A stretch of DNA of 64,000 nt from Lama guanicoe. Its lineage: Eukaryota. Below the pieces are notes generated by a model. That model did not search any database. It was not told the DNA's origin and was given only the letters and a program-made list of their open reading frames with translations. The stretch lies in contig MU053873.1 in NCBI GenBank assembly GCA_013239625.1, forward strand, positions 2,432,524 to 2,496,523, in the 5' to 3' direction. Positions 23,201 to 35,559 of the stretch are shown one piece after another; the first letter of the stretch is position 1; each line of letters begins with the position of its first letter. The position numbers were made by a program, and so were the translations under genes.

Positions 23201-23599
23201 AAGAGAGAGGGGGGTGAAATCTTTAAAGATATAGAAAGAGAGAAAGAAGGAGGGGGGAGGAAATTGAGAGAGAATAGGAGTCCTTAATATTTATCACTGA
23301 GCACTGCGTTTTTATAATTCCTCCTGAGAATGACTGAGTCAAAAGAATTCTAAGAAGATGCCCATGCTACAGAAGGTGATGTAATGGTGGCTGATGAAAC
23401 TAAAGTAAAGGCAGCAGCATCAGGACCAACGATGAGAGAGATGAGCACTGTTTACTAGGATGATCCATTTAAAGGACAGTCATAGCTCCCTCCCCACACC
23501 CTGCCTTCTCTAAGGAGGCTCTCCTCTTGCTAGGGAAAGGGGGAGGGTTGTTTTGACCTAAGCTAGGAGAAGCCCAAGAAGTGGCCCATCTGTATTACT

Positions 23600-24280
23600 T
23601 ACTATGAATAATAATCACAGTTTATTGAGTGTCCACTGTGTGCCAGGCAATGTCCCATGTAGTTTGCATGGCCTTCCCTCAATTTCGCAACGCCTCTATT
23701 CTGGAGAACAGAGACTACAAAGACACCTGCTTTCCCAAGGAAGAAACTAAGCTTCAAAAGTCTAACCAGTTTGGCAGAGGTCATTGCATTAGTGCCAGAG
23801 CTGCCATAACAAATTACAACCTACTGAGTGATCATCAGAAATTTATTCTCTCATGGTTCTGGAAGCTAGAAGTCTGAAATCAAGGTGTAGGCAGGGTTGG
23901 TTCTTTCTGGATGGTCAGGGAGAACCTGCTCCATGCCTTTCTCCTGGCTTCTGGTCCATGCCCTTCTTCTGGCTTCTGCTGGTGACCGGCAATCCTTGGC
24001 TTGTACCTGCACCGTCTACTCTTTACCTGCATCTTCACGTGACATGCCTCTTTCATGTGTCTTCTCCCCTTCTCTTACAAGGATTTTGTTCTTATATTTG
24101 GGGCTCACCCTAATCCAGGGCAATATCAACTCAAGATCTTTACGTTAATTACCTCTGCAAAGACCTTTATTCTCAATAAGATCACAATCTGAGGTTCCAG
24201 GTAGACATAATTCAACCCACTGAAGTCACAGAGCTCTGAAGTGGCAGAACAGGCATGCTTAACGATTGAGCTCAACTGCC
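23600..24280 (-). mobile_element. MIR SINE split by an MLT1 LTR
   Basis: tttattgagtgtccactgtgtgccaggc...gaaactaagc...ggtca / gtcacagagct...gtggcaga. Confidence 0.75.
23785..24224 (-). mobile_element. MLT1C-like solo LTR
   Basis: gctgccataacaaattac...aaatttattctctcatggttctggaagctagaagtc...attcaacccact; TSD gtcat/gtcac. Confidence 0.9.
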
Positions 24281-25032
24281 TTGTGCCATGGGCTTATACA
24301 ACAAGGCACAGCAGCTTGATGGCTCCACTGCTTGGGGGGGGCAGTTTGCAGGGGGACAGGATAAGAACCCAGATGACTTCAGAATTCCTCATCCACTCCA
24401 AGAAGACATACTGCATGTTGTTCCTTTGTAAGACTTGTAGGTGCAACGAGGGGTCCTTCAAAATTAGTCTACCAGTATGATTTCTGAGCACCTTAGAGTT
24501 GGAAGAGATCTTTAAGGTCTCATAGAGACTGGACCATGTTCACTGAGTCAAATATTGAGTCATCTTCAGGATCACCACAAGGACAAGAATGCTGATGTCT
24601 ACTCAAGACAGTTCTATGGCCCATTTTGAAGTTCCATCAACTAATCTGAGCCAGACAGGTAGGTGACATGATCCCCATTTAGCACATGAGAAAGCAGCAG
24701 CTCAATGATGTGAAGTCCCTTGTCTTACAGTTGGTAAGAAAGCAAAAAACAGACTTGACCCAGATTTTATCTAACTCCAGAGCCTGGGCCCTTTTCCTTC
24801 CTGTTTCCTAAGGTCATTTTCTTGAGCTCAGAGGTTCCCAGGCAAATAGAGGTCCCATGGTCACTATGCTCTCAGAAAGTCTACCTGGGCCTCCCCCTCC
24901 TCCCATGAGCCATTTCAGTTTATGAAGACATTTCCACACCTGTGACTCCACCCCAACCCTGGGGACATTGCTTCATAATGATGACAATGATCACTGTTCC
25001 AATGCTATCAGTGAAAAATAAAAGCTTGGAGT

Positions 25033-25790
25033 CTGGAGTTGGGGACACAGCACTGGGCAGAACTGACATGGTCCCTGCCTTCATGGAGCTTACGGTCTAG
25101 TGGGAAGACAGGAGATAAATAATAAACAACAAAAAGTTCTAAAATATGATAAACTCTATAAAAGATTCATGAACTGAATGCTGATACAGGGAATATACTT
25201 GAGGGGGGATCTGGAGGAAAACTCTCCAGAGAGTCATGATTAAGTTGAGACCTGAAAGATGAGGCTGGAGTAGGGGACATCCCTTCCAGAACAAACAGCA
25301 CTTGAGAGGGTCCTGGGTGAGAAAGGACTTGGTATATTCAAGGACGTAAAAGGTCTGTGTGTTAGAGCACAGCACGTAAGGGGAAGATGATGTTTAGGGG
25401 ATCAGTGACAGGCAGACCTGGACTTCAGTCAAGGGCAGGAGCTGGAAGAACTCCAACCATGGGAACCACTGAAGCATTTCAATAGGGGAAGACAGGATTC
25501 AACTTAGGTTTTTTAGAAGAGTGCTCCACTGCGCTGGTGGAGAAGAGACTGGGGGGAATGGGGAAGCAGGAGTAGAATGAGCATGGAACCAGGTGGGATC
25601 TTACTGCTGCCCAGGGGTGAGATTGTTGTGGCTTGGACCAGGGTGGAGCACCAAAGGTAGCCATATGTGGTCAGATTTCAGAGAAATGCATGGATGTATC
25701 TGAAGCCAGACTGTTAGGACCTACTGATGGATGTTTTAGGTGTTCGAAGGAGCGGGAACAATTCAGATGAAAGCCGTCTCCTTATACTCC
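25033..25790 (-). mobile_element. L2 LINE 3' portion
   Basis: catggtccctgccttcatggagcttacggtctagtggg...gggaaccactgaagcattt...ggcttggaccagggtgg. Confidence 0.85.
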
Positions 25791-27064
25791 TGGGTTTCTC
25801 AGAAAACTTTATTTTTTCCAGTGACTGGAACTTCCATAAGAAACTTCTTGCTCCAAGACATCATATTCATGTCTAAAGAGAGATTTGTAAGGGATACATA
25901 GCCATCACAGAGGGAGTTCTTTGGTAGGTCATAGCCAAGCACTGTGTGGACCCTCAAACTTGGACAGAGAAGAATATAAGAATATAAGAATCCATCTTGG
26001 GGATGGATTATTTGCAAATGAGCTTGCAAATGAGCTTTCAGATGTCTGGGCATGTTCCCTACAAACTGGATTCATCCTCCCTTTTGGGACAGTCACAAAT
26101 AAATCCCTCCTTGTCAGCTATCTTTGGGACAGTCAGCTCCTGCAAGATTATAGGTTTCTGTGGGAAGCCCCCCAGATCCATTTCATGATCACAAGTAGGC
26201 CTGCCCTTCTACAAGACCTCTGGAAATTTGTGGGCACATAAGGCAAAGGGCCCCAAGCCATCACATGGTCATTTGGACTCATGCAATCTTGAGTGTCTGA
26301 CTTGAGAGATCACTGAGAATATGAGGAAACTGAGGTCCAGAGTGGCCAATGATTTTCCCAAAGTTATACAACAATCATAGGCTCTGACACGGAAAAGACA
26401 TCTGCCTTGGAAACCACCAGCGAGACAGGTGTTCTAGAGAGCTTATCAGTGTGCAATACCTTGTTTAACCATCACTGCATCTCCAGATCATAGTATAGAG
26501 GCTGCCTAGAGAAGATATCACCTGCATTTGTCGAAGGAAATGCTACATTTACTGAGAACCTACTTGTGAGTGTTAGGTCTCCATCCTAATTTCCAGGTAA
26601 GCATACCTGAGTATAAAGAGAAGAGGAGGTGAAGCTGGGATATGAACTCCATTTACTTGGTCCCAGAGTCTGCATTCACACTGTCACCACTTCATCTGAA
26701 TGCAGAGCTCACTCATCAATACACAAAGCATTCGGTGGGTATTTCAACTAATTTAAGAGGTGCAGTAACCACTTTCTGTGGGTTACATAGAGCCCCATTC
26801 CAATGACCAAGATGGTGCACGGTAGGCTATGTAGCCAACAGGCCCTGCAGTCAAGATATGAGGTCTCACTCTGCCATTTCTTGGCCATGTCACTTTCCTG
26901 GGACCTCAGTTTCTGTATCTGGAAATACGAGAAGGAACACAGTTGCCTTAATACATAAATGTAATGTAACTATGAAAGAATATCATGGAGGAGAAAAAAG
27001 AGTTTTACCAACTGGAGAGCACTCTGGCCATGGGTAGAACTTGGCTATTTTAAAGGCTCTTTTG

Positions 27065-27350
27065 CAACTCAAAGCTCTTGCACCTGCTGTTGCCTGGGCC
27101 CTGTCCCACTCCAACCCCTTCACCTAGCAAACTCTGACACCTCCTTCAGGACTCCAGTGAAATACCTCTTCCTCCAAGAAGCCTACCTGAAACTTCTAGA
27201 CCAAGTCGAATTCCCTACTGTAGGGTCTTACTGCACACTGTGTGTCCCCTCCCAACTGACATCACATTTCTAATCATTCGATCACTGTCTTACTCCCCAT
27301 GACACTATAAGTTTGCGAGGCCAAGACCACATTCAGCCTCAGTGCACCCC
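27065..27350 (+). mobile_element. L2 fragment
   Basis: ttgcacctgctgtt...cctcttcctccaagaagcct...gacactataagtttgcgaggcc. Confidence 0.65.
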
Positions 27351-27609
27351 ATATATTCATTTGTTCATTGATTCAGAAATTATGTATTGAGCAGATATTC
27401 TTCTAGAATGAGAGATGCAGTGGTCACAGAACAAAATGAGCTAACATGTGAGGAGACAGATTGTATTCAGTAAACATTATGGTGTACCGGTGGGTGATGA
27501 TAAACGCTATGAGGAGAAAATAAAGCAAGATAATATAAATCTTTAATGACCAGGAAGTGATCACAGTGATTTGCTTATTCATTCAATGATTCTACTTTTC
27601 TGTGATCTC

Positions 27610-27895
27610 CCTCAGGCAGGGGCTGTGACCCTGGTGCTTATCACAGTGCCTGGTACATAGGAGGTATTCAAAAATATCTGATGAATGAATGAATAAATGA
27701 ATGAAATAGATGAATGAATAATGAAAAGATGGATGGATGGATGAATGGATGGATACATGGATGGATGGATAGGTAGACAGGTTAATGAGGGGGTGAATGT
27801 GTGGATGGTGGGTCTATTGATAGATAATGGATAGATAGGTCCAAGGATGGCTGGAGGGTTGGATGAATACCCATGGTACATTCAGATGGATGGAA
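27610..27895 (+). repeat. L2 3' end with expanded (TGAA)/(TGGA)n tail
   Basis: cacagtgcctggtacataggaggtattcaaaaatat followed by ~200 bp of tgaa/tgga units. Confidence 0.85.
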
Positions 27896-28204
27896 GAAGT
27901 GCAGAGTAGGAACACAAACCTAATCCTGGGTCACCAGAATCCTGGAGCTTAGAAATTGGCATTGGAATAAACAAGAGGTGAATTTTTCCCGCAAGAGGAA
28001 ATCCAGAGCAAGGTGGTGAAGGCAAATTCATAAACACACAGTGATACAGGTTTACATTAAGTCATGGATGGTGGCTTCACAGCAGTGTACACACAGCCAT
28101 GTGTTCTCACAATCCAAGGCCAGTATCTCACAGATGACTATCGATGCACAGCTGCCATTAATGCTCCCTTTTTCCTCAGAGCCACCTTCCTGACATCAAC
28201 GTGA

Positions 28205-28455
28205 GGAGTGTGATGTGGTTTAAAAAAAAAAAAAAAGAGGCCGGGTTTGGTGTCAGATGGTCAGGTGTCTCCCAGCTCTGCCATCTGCCAGCTGTGCAGG
28301 TTGGGCGATTTGTCTTTCCTCTAAGCTCGGTTCCCCTAGGGCCAAACTAGAGGAACTAACTGCAACCTAACAGGGTGACTGGGGGATTAAATGCATTGCA
28401 CGGAGTCAAGTGCTCCTCCTAGTCTGGGCACACAGTAAGTGCTCAGTTAGCCACA
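28205..28455 (+). mobile_element. MIR SINE
   Basis: cccagctctgccat...gggattaaatg...ggcacacagtaagtgctcag. Confidence 0.8.
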
Positions 28456-28474
28456 GATACTCCACTGCTGCATC

Positions 28475-28680
28475 ACGGTTTATTTAACCTATCCCCTATT
28501 GTTTCCATTTGGGTCACTTCCAATTTTCCGTCTATTTTAAACACTGTAACAGAAATGCTCATAGTTACTGTTTTGCATACACCCATGATTAATCCCCTAA
28601 GGTAAAAAGCTCTAGAGGTAAATTTGCTGAGCCTAAGAAAAAGAATGCTTTTATGGCCTGTGATACACAGAGCCAAAGAC
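28475..28680 (-). mobile_element. L1ME-like fragment
   Basis: tttatttaacctatcccctattg...ttccaattt...ctagaggtaaatttgctgag. Confidence 0.6.
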
Positions 28681-28719
28681 AAGATGGGACCCCCTGTAAA
28701 TATCATTCCACTGGCATTA

Positions 28720-29300
28720 GTGAATGTTGGAGCTGCCAGATTAAGATATCCTCCCTTTAAAATCCAAGACACAACCTAATCCTTTATTGTACAGATGGGA
28801 AAACTGAGGCCCAGAGAGGGGTAAGGACTTACCCAAGGTGAGACAGGTAGAGTAATAGCCATGATAAAAGCTAGTGTTTATTAAAACTGGGGATGCTGTG
28901 GTGATGAACACTGTCCCCATGCTGGACCATCCTCTGTTCATAGCACTTCTCCAGGCTAAGCATCATCATCCCCTTTACACACATGGGAAATGAGGCTGTC
29001 AGAGAAGTTAAGCAGTTCACCCAAGTTCACAGAACTCTTAAGAGGTGAGTCTGAGAGTGCAACTCAGAAAGTCTGGCTCTAAAACCTATGCTCTAACATT
29101 AGGATACAGTTGTTTCTTGGAATCACTGACTCAGAAACTAAGAGAAGAGGTCATGAAATCTGTGACAGATTCTTAAGGTGCTTTGTAACAACCCAAAGAG
29201 GAGCCACAGAGGGCTTTTAATCCCAATTCTGCCACTCGCTTGCTGTGTGACTTTAGAAAACTGACTTAACCTCTCTGGGCACCCCCTTCCTCATCTGCAT
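28720..29300. mobile_element. Cluster of three MIR/MIR3 fragments
   Basis: MIR cores at ~28790 (-), ~28985 (-) and ~29240 (+). Confidence 0.8.
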
Positions 29301-29459
29301 CAGCAACATCCCCACTGGCTCTACACCATTTCCTTAAAATGTTCCAGACTCATGAGCATCCCTATGACATACCTGACACCAAATCCAGCCTCTGCCAGAA
29401 TTAACACACCCCTTGCCTCTACTGCTGGCCACAGTCCCCCCACCCTACCATCTCCATCT

Positions 29460-30070
29460 CTACACATCTGGAAATTAACTTCATAACTTGCCACATCGCC
29501 ATCGCTCTGTGAGTAACCATAAATCACCATCGGTTGGGTTGCATATTTTTATACATCGCCCTCTTAATGTCTCTCAGAAAATATAAATAAAGCATACATA
29601 ACCATTAGAACACTCCGAATCCTGAAAAGTACATAAGAATTTATTTGTCTCCATGTGGATCATGCATATTGTATTAAAACCACATAAAGGGATTTAGTAA
29701 AATGGCAAAAAGAGAGGCAGGAGAGCAGCATCTTGGGCGGCGGGGAGAGGTGGAAGTGATCTTTCTTTGATGCCTGTTAAATGTTCCAGCAGATGAACCC
29801 TATATTCTGCCAGGAAATGAGTTTGCCACCGGCCTATTGGGCCTGTCGTAAGAGGTTGGTCTCACCACGGTCATCCCTCTTCCGCGCACGGCAATACATT
29901 AGGCTGCCTCAATTTTTCATTCCTTGCTGCCCGAAATGCAAATTTCTTCTCTGTTGTTTATATTAGGTTTTCAAATATATGGAAATCCAGAGATCTGGAG
30001 GGAAATGCCAGGGCCACGGAAGCACTCAATCTGTCTTTTTCCTCTGACTGACTTCTTTCCATCACTTACC
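29460..30070. promoter_or_regulatory. Candidate enhancer / conserved non-coding element
   Basis: Repeat-free; CCATAAATCA 29517-29526, CTTTGATG 29765-29772, ATGCAAAT 29936-29943, TGTTTAT 29955-29961. Confidence 0.55.
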
Positions 30071-30351
30071 TGATGCCTGATGGGGGCTGAGTGTGAGGTA
30101 TAGGGTACCAGGACAGAAAAGTGCTCCCCAGGGCAAAGAATGACAGAGGGCAGCTTCTGAATTAGGGGCTGCACTTTGAGCCACAAAGGTCTGGAGGAGC
30201 CCCATTAATTGTTGTCACTGGGTGCCCAGTGGACCAGCAACTCTTCCAGACACAGTTTGCAAAGAGATGAGGCCCCCACTGCCTGAGACTAGAAAACAGG
30301 GAAATTCCTGCATTTGGCAACAGAAATATATTGAGCACCTACTGCATACCT

Positions 30352-30436
30352 AACTTCTAGAACTCAGAGAATAAATTTCTGCTCTTTAAGCCACCCAGTT
30401 TGTGGTACTCCATCAAGCCACCCTAGGAAACTAACA
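30352..30436 (+). mobile_element. MLT1 LTR 3' fragment
   Basis: gagaataaatttctgctctttaagccacccagtttgtggtac...taggaaactaaca. Confidence 0.85.
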
Positions 30437-30758
30437 TGGCTTTGTGTGTGGCCAGTATCCCACACACCAGCTCTGAAAAATCCCCGAGCAGTCCAGCAAA
30501 GATGCCAGCTCGGAGAGGCTGATTTTCCTTCCTCTGACACAGGAACAGGTCTCTCCGGAGACTGAACTTGTGGCCTTGATCTTCTGGATTGTACTCTCAC
30601 CCTCCTCCACTGAGAAACACTGAGCACCCAGTGCCATGCCAGTCGCTGACTTAATCAACAGAAGTTAATTTGCACCTACTTTGTGCCAGGCCCTGTGGGT
30701 GCAGAGCTGAGAACCAGACGTGCAAGGTCCCTAACCCCACTGAGCTTGGGGACCCTGG

Positions 30759-31165
30759 TGTATTGGTCGGGAGAATGCCAGTTGCTGTGACAGACAGAAT
30801 CTACCATCTTAATGGCTTCACCCTACAGAAGTTTGTTTCCTGGTCTCTTGGATTCCAGTTGGCAGCAGGATGGGAATGGGGATGGACTGTGAACACAGGT
30901 GGTCTTCAAGTCCCCAGGCTGAAGGAGTCTCCATCTTCTTCAATAAGCACTCATAAGGTCAGGATGGATGTCAGCAGGTGAGGGGAGAGAGAGTGGTGGA
31001 TCCCATGGCCCGGAAGTGGCAGATCATACTCCTGCTAGCATTCTGTTCACCAGAACAAAGTCACACAGCCCCATCCCAAAGCAGGAGAGGCTAGTGGAAA
31101 TGCAGCCTAGGTACACGCCCAGAAGGAATGGAAAATGGGCTTGCCGGACAACCGGCTAGTGTCCA
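30759..31165 (-). mobile_element. MLT1J-like LTR flanked by L2 pieces
   Basis: tgtattggtc...gttgctgtgacaga...ggaagtggcagatcatact...gaaatgcagccta. Confidence 0.65.
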
Positions 31166-31457
31166 CTTTATCTCCAGTGCTAGGCATCATAGGGTGGTAG
31201 ACTCAGATGAACAGGGCATGACCCCAGCCCTCAAAGAACCTCACATTCTGGGTGGTGAGGCCAGCACAGAGCTCTGGAGTTGCAAGACAGGAGCCAGTGC
31301 AAGCCTTGAGCCCACTGTTCAAAAAAGCAAATACACAAGTTAGAATCGACACTACCCTGAAGGCCTATCTGTGCTTCTAACAGGCCACTGAGGTCAGCTT
31401 GCAGATACCATGACCCCGCACTGGGCTCCCAGCATCTCAAGTTCAATATAGACTGAT

Positions 31458-31612
31458 GGGGGGAGAGGGTGTAGCTCAGTGTGGAGTGTGTGCTTAGCAT
31501 GCACGAGGTCCTGGGTTCAATCTCCAGTACCTTCATTTAAAAATAAATAAGTAAATAAATAAACCTAATTATCCAAAAAAACAAATATAAAATTAAAAAA
31601 TAAATAAATAAA
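31458..31612 (+). mobile_element. Camelid tRNA-derived SINE (Vic-1 type)
   Basis: ggggagagggtgtagctcagt...gcttagcatgcacgaggtcctgggttcaatctccagtacc; Pol III A and B boxes; A-rich tail with aaacctaatta. Confidence 0.88.
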
Positions 31613-31614
31613 AT

Positions 31615-31653
31615 TACACACACACACACACACATATATACATATACACACAC
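31615..31653. repeat. (CA)n/(TA)n microsatellite
   Basis: Direct observation. Confidence 0.9.
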
Positions 31654-31779
31654 AAAGGGGGGGGCGGGGAGAGAGGGACGAAGGGCAGACATGGGCCAGC
31701 ATTGTTAAGGGCTGCCTGTGGGCTAGGAACTAGAATCCAAAACCCTTCTCAGTCCCCGTGGGTCTGAATGATTTCCTCC

Positions 31780-31900
31780 ATTTCAGTAACAAGGAAAATA
31801 GAACCCAGAGAGGTGAAGTCACTTGCCCACAACCACATATGAAAAAGTTGAGAGGTTCAAGCATGATTAGGCCCAGACCTGCTGGATTCCAAAAATTCTA
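31780..31900 (-). mobile_element. MIR SINE fragment
   Basis: cccagagaggtgaagtcacttgccc. Confidence 0.75.
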
Positions 31901-31920
31901 GACCCTTCTCTCTCCATAAC

Positions 31921-32747
31921 GTGAAAAAGAGATGGCCAATGAGCACATGAAAAGACACTCAACATCACTAATCATTAGGGAAATGCAAATCAAAAATATA
32001 GTGAGATGCCACCTCACACCCATTAGGATGGCTATTATCAGAAAAAAAAAACAGAAAATACTGTGCTGGTAAGAAGATGAAGGAACTAGAACCCTCATGC
32101 ACTGCTGGTGGGATATTAAATGGTTCAGCCACCATGGAAAATAGTATGGTTTTCTAAAATATTAAAAATAGAATTACCATATGATCCAGTAATTCCACTT
32201 CTGCATGTAGACCCAAAAGAATGGAAAGCAAGGTGTTGAAGGGACAGTACACCGATGTTCAGAGCATCATTGTTCACAACAGCTAAAACATGGAAGCAAT
32301 CCAAGCGTCCATCAACCAATGAATGGATAAAATGTGGTGCAAACCTTCAATGGAGTATTACTCAGCCTTAAAAAGGGAGGAAATTCTGACACATGCTACA
32401 ACACAGATAAACCTTGAGGACATTATGCTCAGTGAAATAAGCCAGTCACAAAAGTACAAATACTGTATGATTCCACTTACATGAGCTACCTATGGTAGTC
32501 AAGCTTATAGAGCCAGAAAGTAGAATGGTGATCACCAGGGACTAGGTGGGGAGGGGGAGGGTGAAATGGGGAGTTAGTGTTTAATGGGGTCAGAGTTTCA
32601 GTTTAGGAAGATGAAAAATTCAGGAGCTGGATGGTGGTGACAGTTGCACAATAATGTGGATGTACTTAATGCTACTGAAATGAACACTTAAAATGGTTAA
32701 GATGGTAAATTTTATAAGTATATTTCACCACAATTTAAAAAAATAAA
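31921..32747 (+). mobile_element. L1MB 3' portion (ORF2 end plus 3' UTR)
   Basis: cacatgaaaagacactcaacatcactaatcattagggaaatgcaaatcaaaa...gaattaccatatgatccag...cacttaaaatggttaagatggtaaatttta. Confidence 0.95.
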
Positions 32748-34019
32748 GATGAGGCACTCCCTTTAAAGCTTTCAGATTCAGAAGAGTTGGGGAGGTGGCC
32801 AGGGCAGGAGGCGGGCAGTGGGGCGGGGGGGGGGCGGGGAGAGGCAAGAGCAAAGAATTGGGCAGGAATCCCTGGAGAACTTCAAGGCTGATGCTTTCCA
32901 GCTCCCGGCCCTGAGCACCAGTTAGCACCTCCATCAAATAGGAACATCAATCATCTCTTCCTCCTCTCTGTGCTGGGTCTGAAAATGCTCTATAAACTCT
33001 AAAGTGCTATTCTCTGCAGTATTGCCATTTTCCATGCACCTCCTGGTCATTAGGGGTCCACACCTATTTGACCTTGTGGCTGCAACCAAATGCCCTCCCT
33101 CCCTGCCAAAGGTCCCCTCCACCCTCCGGGAGTCTAGTCATCTGAATACCATTTCTGTCCTTCATGCCCTTGGTAAGTGTGATGTGTCCCGTGAGAGCAT
33201 GGCACGTCACCCCCAGTTCCTCTCAGCACCCTGACATTGCTCAGCACTGATGTGAAGACATCACAAGTCCCAGGGCTGCATCTTTGGAGGGTAAGACACT
33301 GGAGCCAGGGTAGTGAAGGTGACCTCAGACTGAGGTTAGTGACATAGAGGCCATCACCACCCCCAAAACTCTGCCAGCGCCAAAGACAGGAGCCAGGTGG
33401 GGGGATACTGCACCCATCTGCATCCCACCCCCCTGCACCTCTGTCCACCCTGCAGCTTGGGGGAACCATCCTTCCATTCTGCTTCCCTCCAAAGTGCCTC
33501 TGGAGACTTTCACTTAAATTCACTCACCACCCGACAGATAAGTACTGAGTCCCCACCATGTCAGGACCCTGGGAAAGAGCAGGACCTGCTGCTATTCTGA
33601 AGTCCTCTGTAAAGTGCTTGCCAGAGCCGGGCATGTAATGAGCCCTTGACATCTCTGTGGGTTTCCCCAGGGAAATGGCATCATCAGAATTTCCTGGGAG
33701 CAGCCCCCACCTTCTGAGATTGCAGGCCAGGGCTGCAAAGATCTCTTTTCCCTTCCTTCCACCCGAGCTCTCTAGACGGATGCTCCAGCCCCCGGGTCTT
33801 TGGCTCCTGATCTCCGTGTGGATCTATCCATCATTAGCCAAGGTCAAGTCGCAGGTGCCTCCTATCATTTCTCAATTATGGGTGGCCCCTGGGCCAGCAC
33901 CATAAAGTGGGCTCTGCTTGGCTCCTATTAATTAAATATCATGGGCCCCAGGGAAGAAGCCAGGGAGGGAGGCTTGGCAGCTGGCCTCTCTGGAGCAGAG
34001 CTTCTTCTCAAGGTGAAAA

Positions 34020-34155
34020 CATGTTCATTCACTCACCTGACAGGTATTAAGCCCCCACTTGTGTGTGTGCCAGGCACCGTGCTAGTTTCTGGATACCCAG
34101 CAGCAAAAAGACCAACACAGATTGTCCCCCTTGATGCATATATACCAGTGGGAAG
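34020..34155 (-). mobile_element. L2 3' end
   Basis: ttcattcactc...tgtgccaggcaccgtgctag. Confidence 0.75.
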
Positions 34156-35309
34156 CTCTCTAAATTTCAAGACACATATCTACGAACTGGTGTGATAACC
34201 CGGTAGGAGAACCTCCAGGCACAGCAGCCAGGAAGAGAAGATCCAGGGAGAGAGGACACACGAGATTGCCTCTGCATTTATGAATTCGATATGTATCCAT
34301 CCTGGAGACCCAAGGCAGGGTGGCTCAGGGCAGGGGAAGGGGTCCCAGGAGTAAAGAGACCTCATTTCTGAGGTTTTCTTGAGCCCTATCACTCTGATTC
34401 TGTGACTTTCAAGGACTTTTCGGCGCTTTGCTTACCACCGTCCAGAAAAAAAATAACTAACACATTTTGAGCATTCACTGCACGTCATCTCATGGAATCT
34501 TCCCCATCAACCAGAAGGGATCCCTCTCACCCTTCTTTATGCTAAAAAAAAAGAGAGAGAGAGAGAAAGAGAGAGTTCAAGGTGACGTTATTTGCCCTAA
34601 ACCTCAGTGACAGCAGGAACATTTCAGGCCTACCACTTATAAAGAAGACGGAAGAGTCTGTTTTGCATCTTTGGGTTCCAATGGTTAAAACCTACCTGCC
34701 CCTCTGCCCTCTTTCTTTCTTCCTTTCTTCACTCAGTTCATGAGCTATAGCATGGCAAGTCCCTGAAGCATGTTCTGCCCAGAATGTGGGAGACACTCGG
34801 CAAGCTACCCCAGAGAAGGTATCCACGCACCGGTCTTGGGACGGTGACCACCAAAGTTGGGTTGCTGGCACAGGTCAAACGCCAGATGCCCACTTGCTCA
34901 TCTGGTTCTCTCAGGCACCAGTAAGCTGGGTGCACTTGGACCCATTTACAGATGACACTCAGGCTGAGAAACAGGAACCTACTTTCTGAAGGTCTCTTGG
35001 TTTGCCACGGACAGAGTGGCAGTCCCAGCCCAGGCCTCCCTGACCCCAAAGCCCTGGTTATTTCTACCATACTGTTGAGACCAGAATAGTGAAGGGGAAA
35101 TGATAGTGCAGGTTGCTGGTAGACATGCTTTGGAGAAAGGCCTCCCCAGATTTTGAGCTCATGATGGGAAAAGGTGTTTCAGCTTCCAGCCTAGGCCTTC
35201 CAAGGTTCCGGATTCCAGCACTGCCCTGGCTGCCCTAATAGAATAGTCAGCGATACAGACAGAGCTCCATCCTTTCAGACATCCCTCACCAAATCACGTA
35301 TGCTTGACA

Positions 35310-35545
35310 ACAATGAAACAGTTATTAACATTTACTGGGTCCCGGGCACTGTTCTATGTACTTATACTGATTTCACCCTCGTAATAACCCCATAAGTATT
35401 AACCTTGTTTTAGAAATGAGGAAACTGAGGCACGGACAAATCATACAACTTGTCTATAACTGTATGGTCACAACACTGAGACAGTGGCATAGCAGTATCT
35501 GAACCCTGGTGCTTGGGGATAGAGCCCAAAGCCTTTACTTACAGG
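35310..35545 (-). mobile_element. MIR SINE
   Basis: aacatttactg...ggcactgttcta...atgaggaaactgaggcac. Confidence 0.85.
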
Positions 35546-35559
35546 AACTATCATCCTCC

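Noticed and set aside
27680..27895. Repeat array as CRISPR or satellite
   Set aside because: Simple TGGA/TGAA expansion of an L2 tail in a mammalian genome; no repeat-spacer structure
31458..31535. tRNA gene
   Set aside because: Degenerate cloverleaf, SINE-type A-rich tail and no oligo-T terminator; it is a SINE
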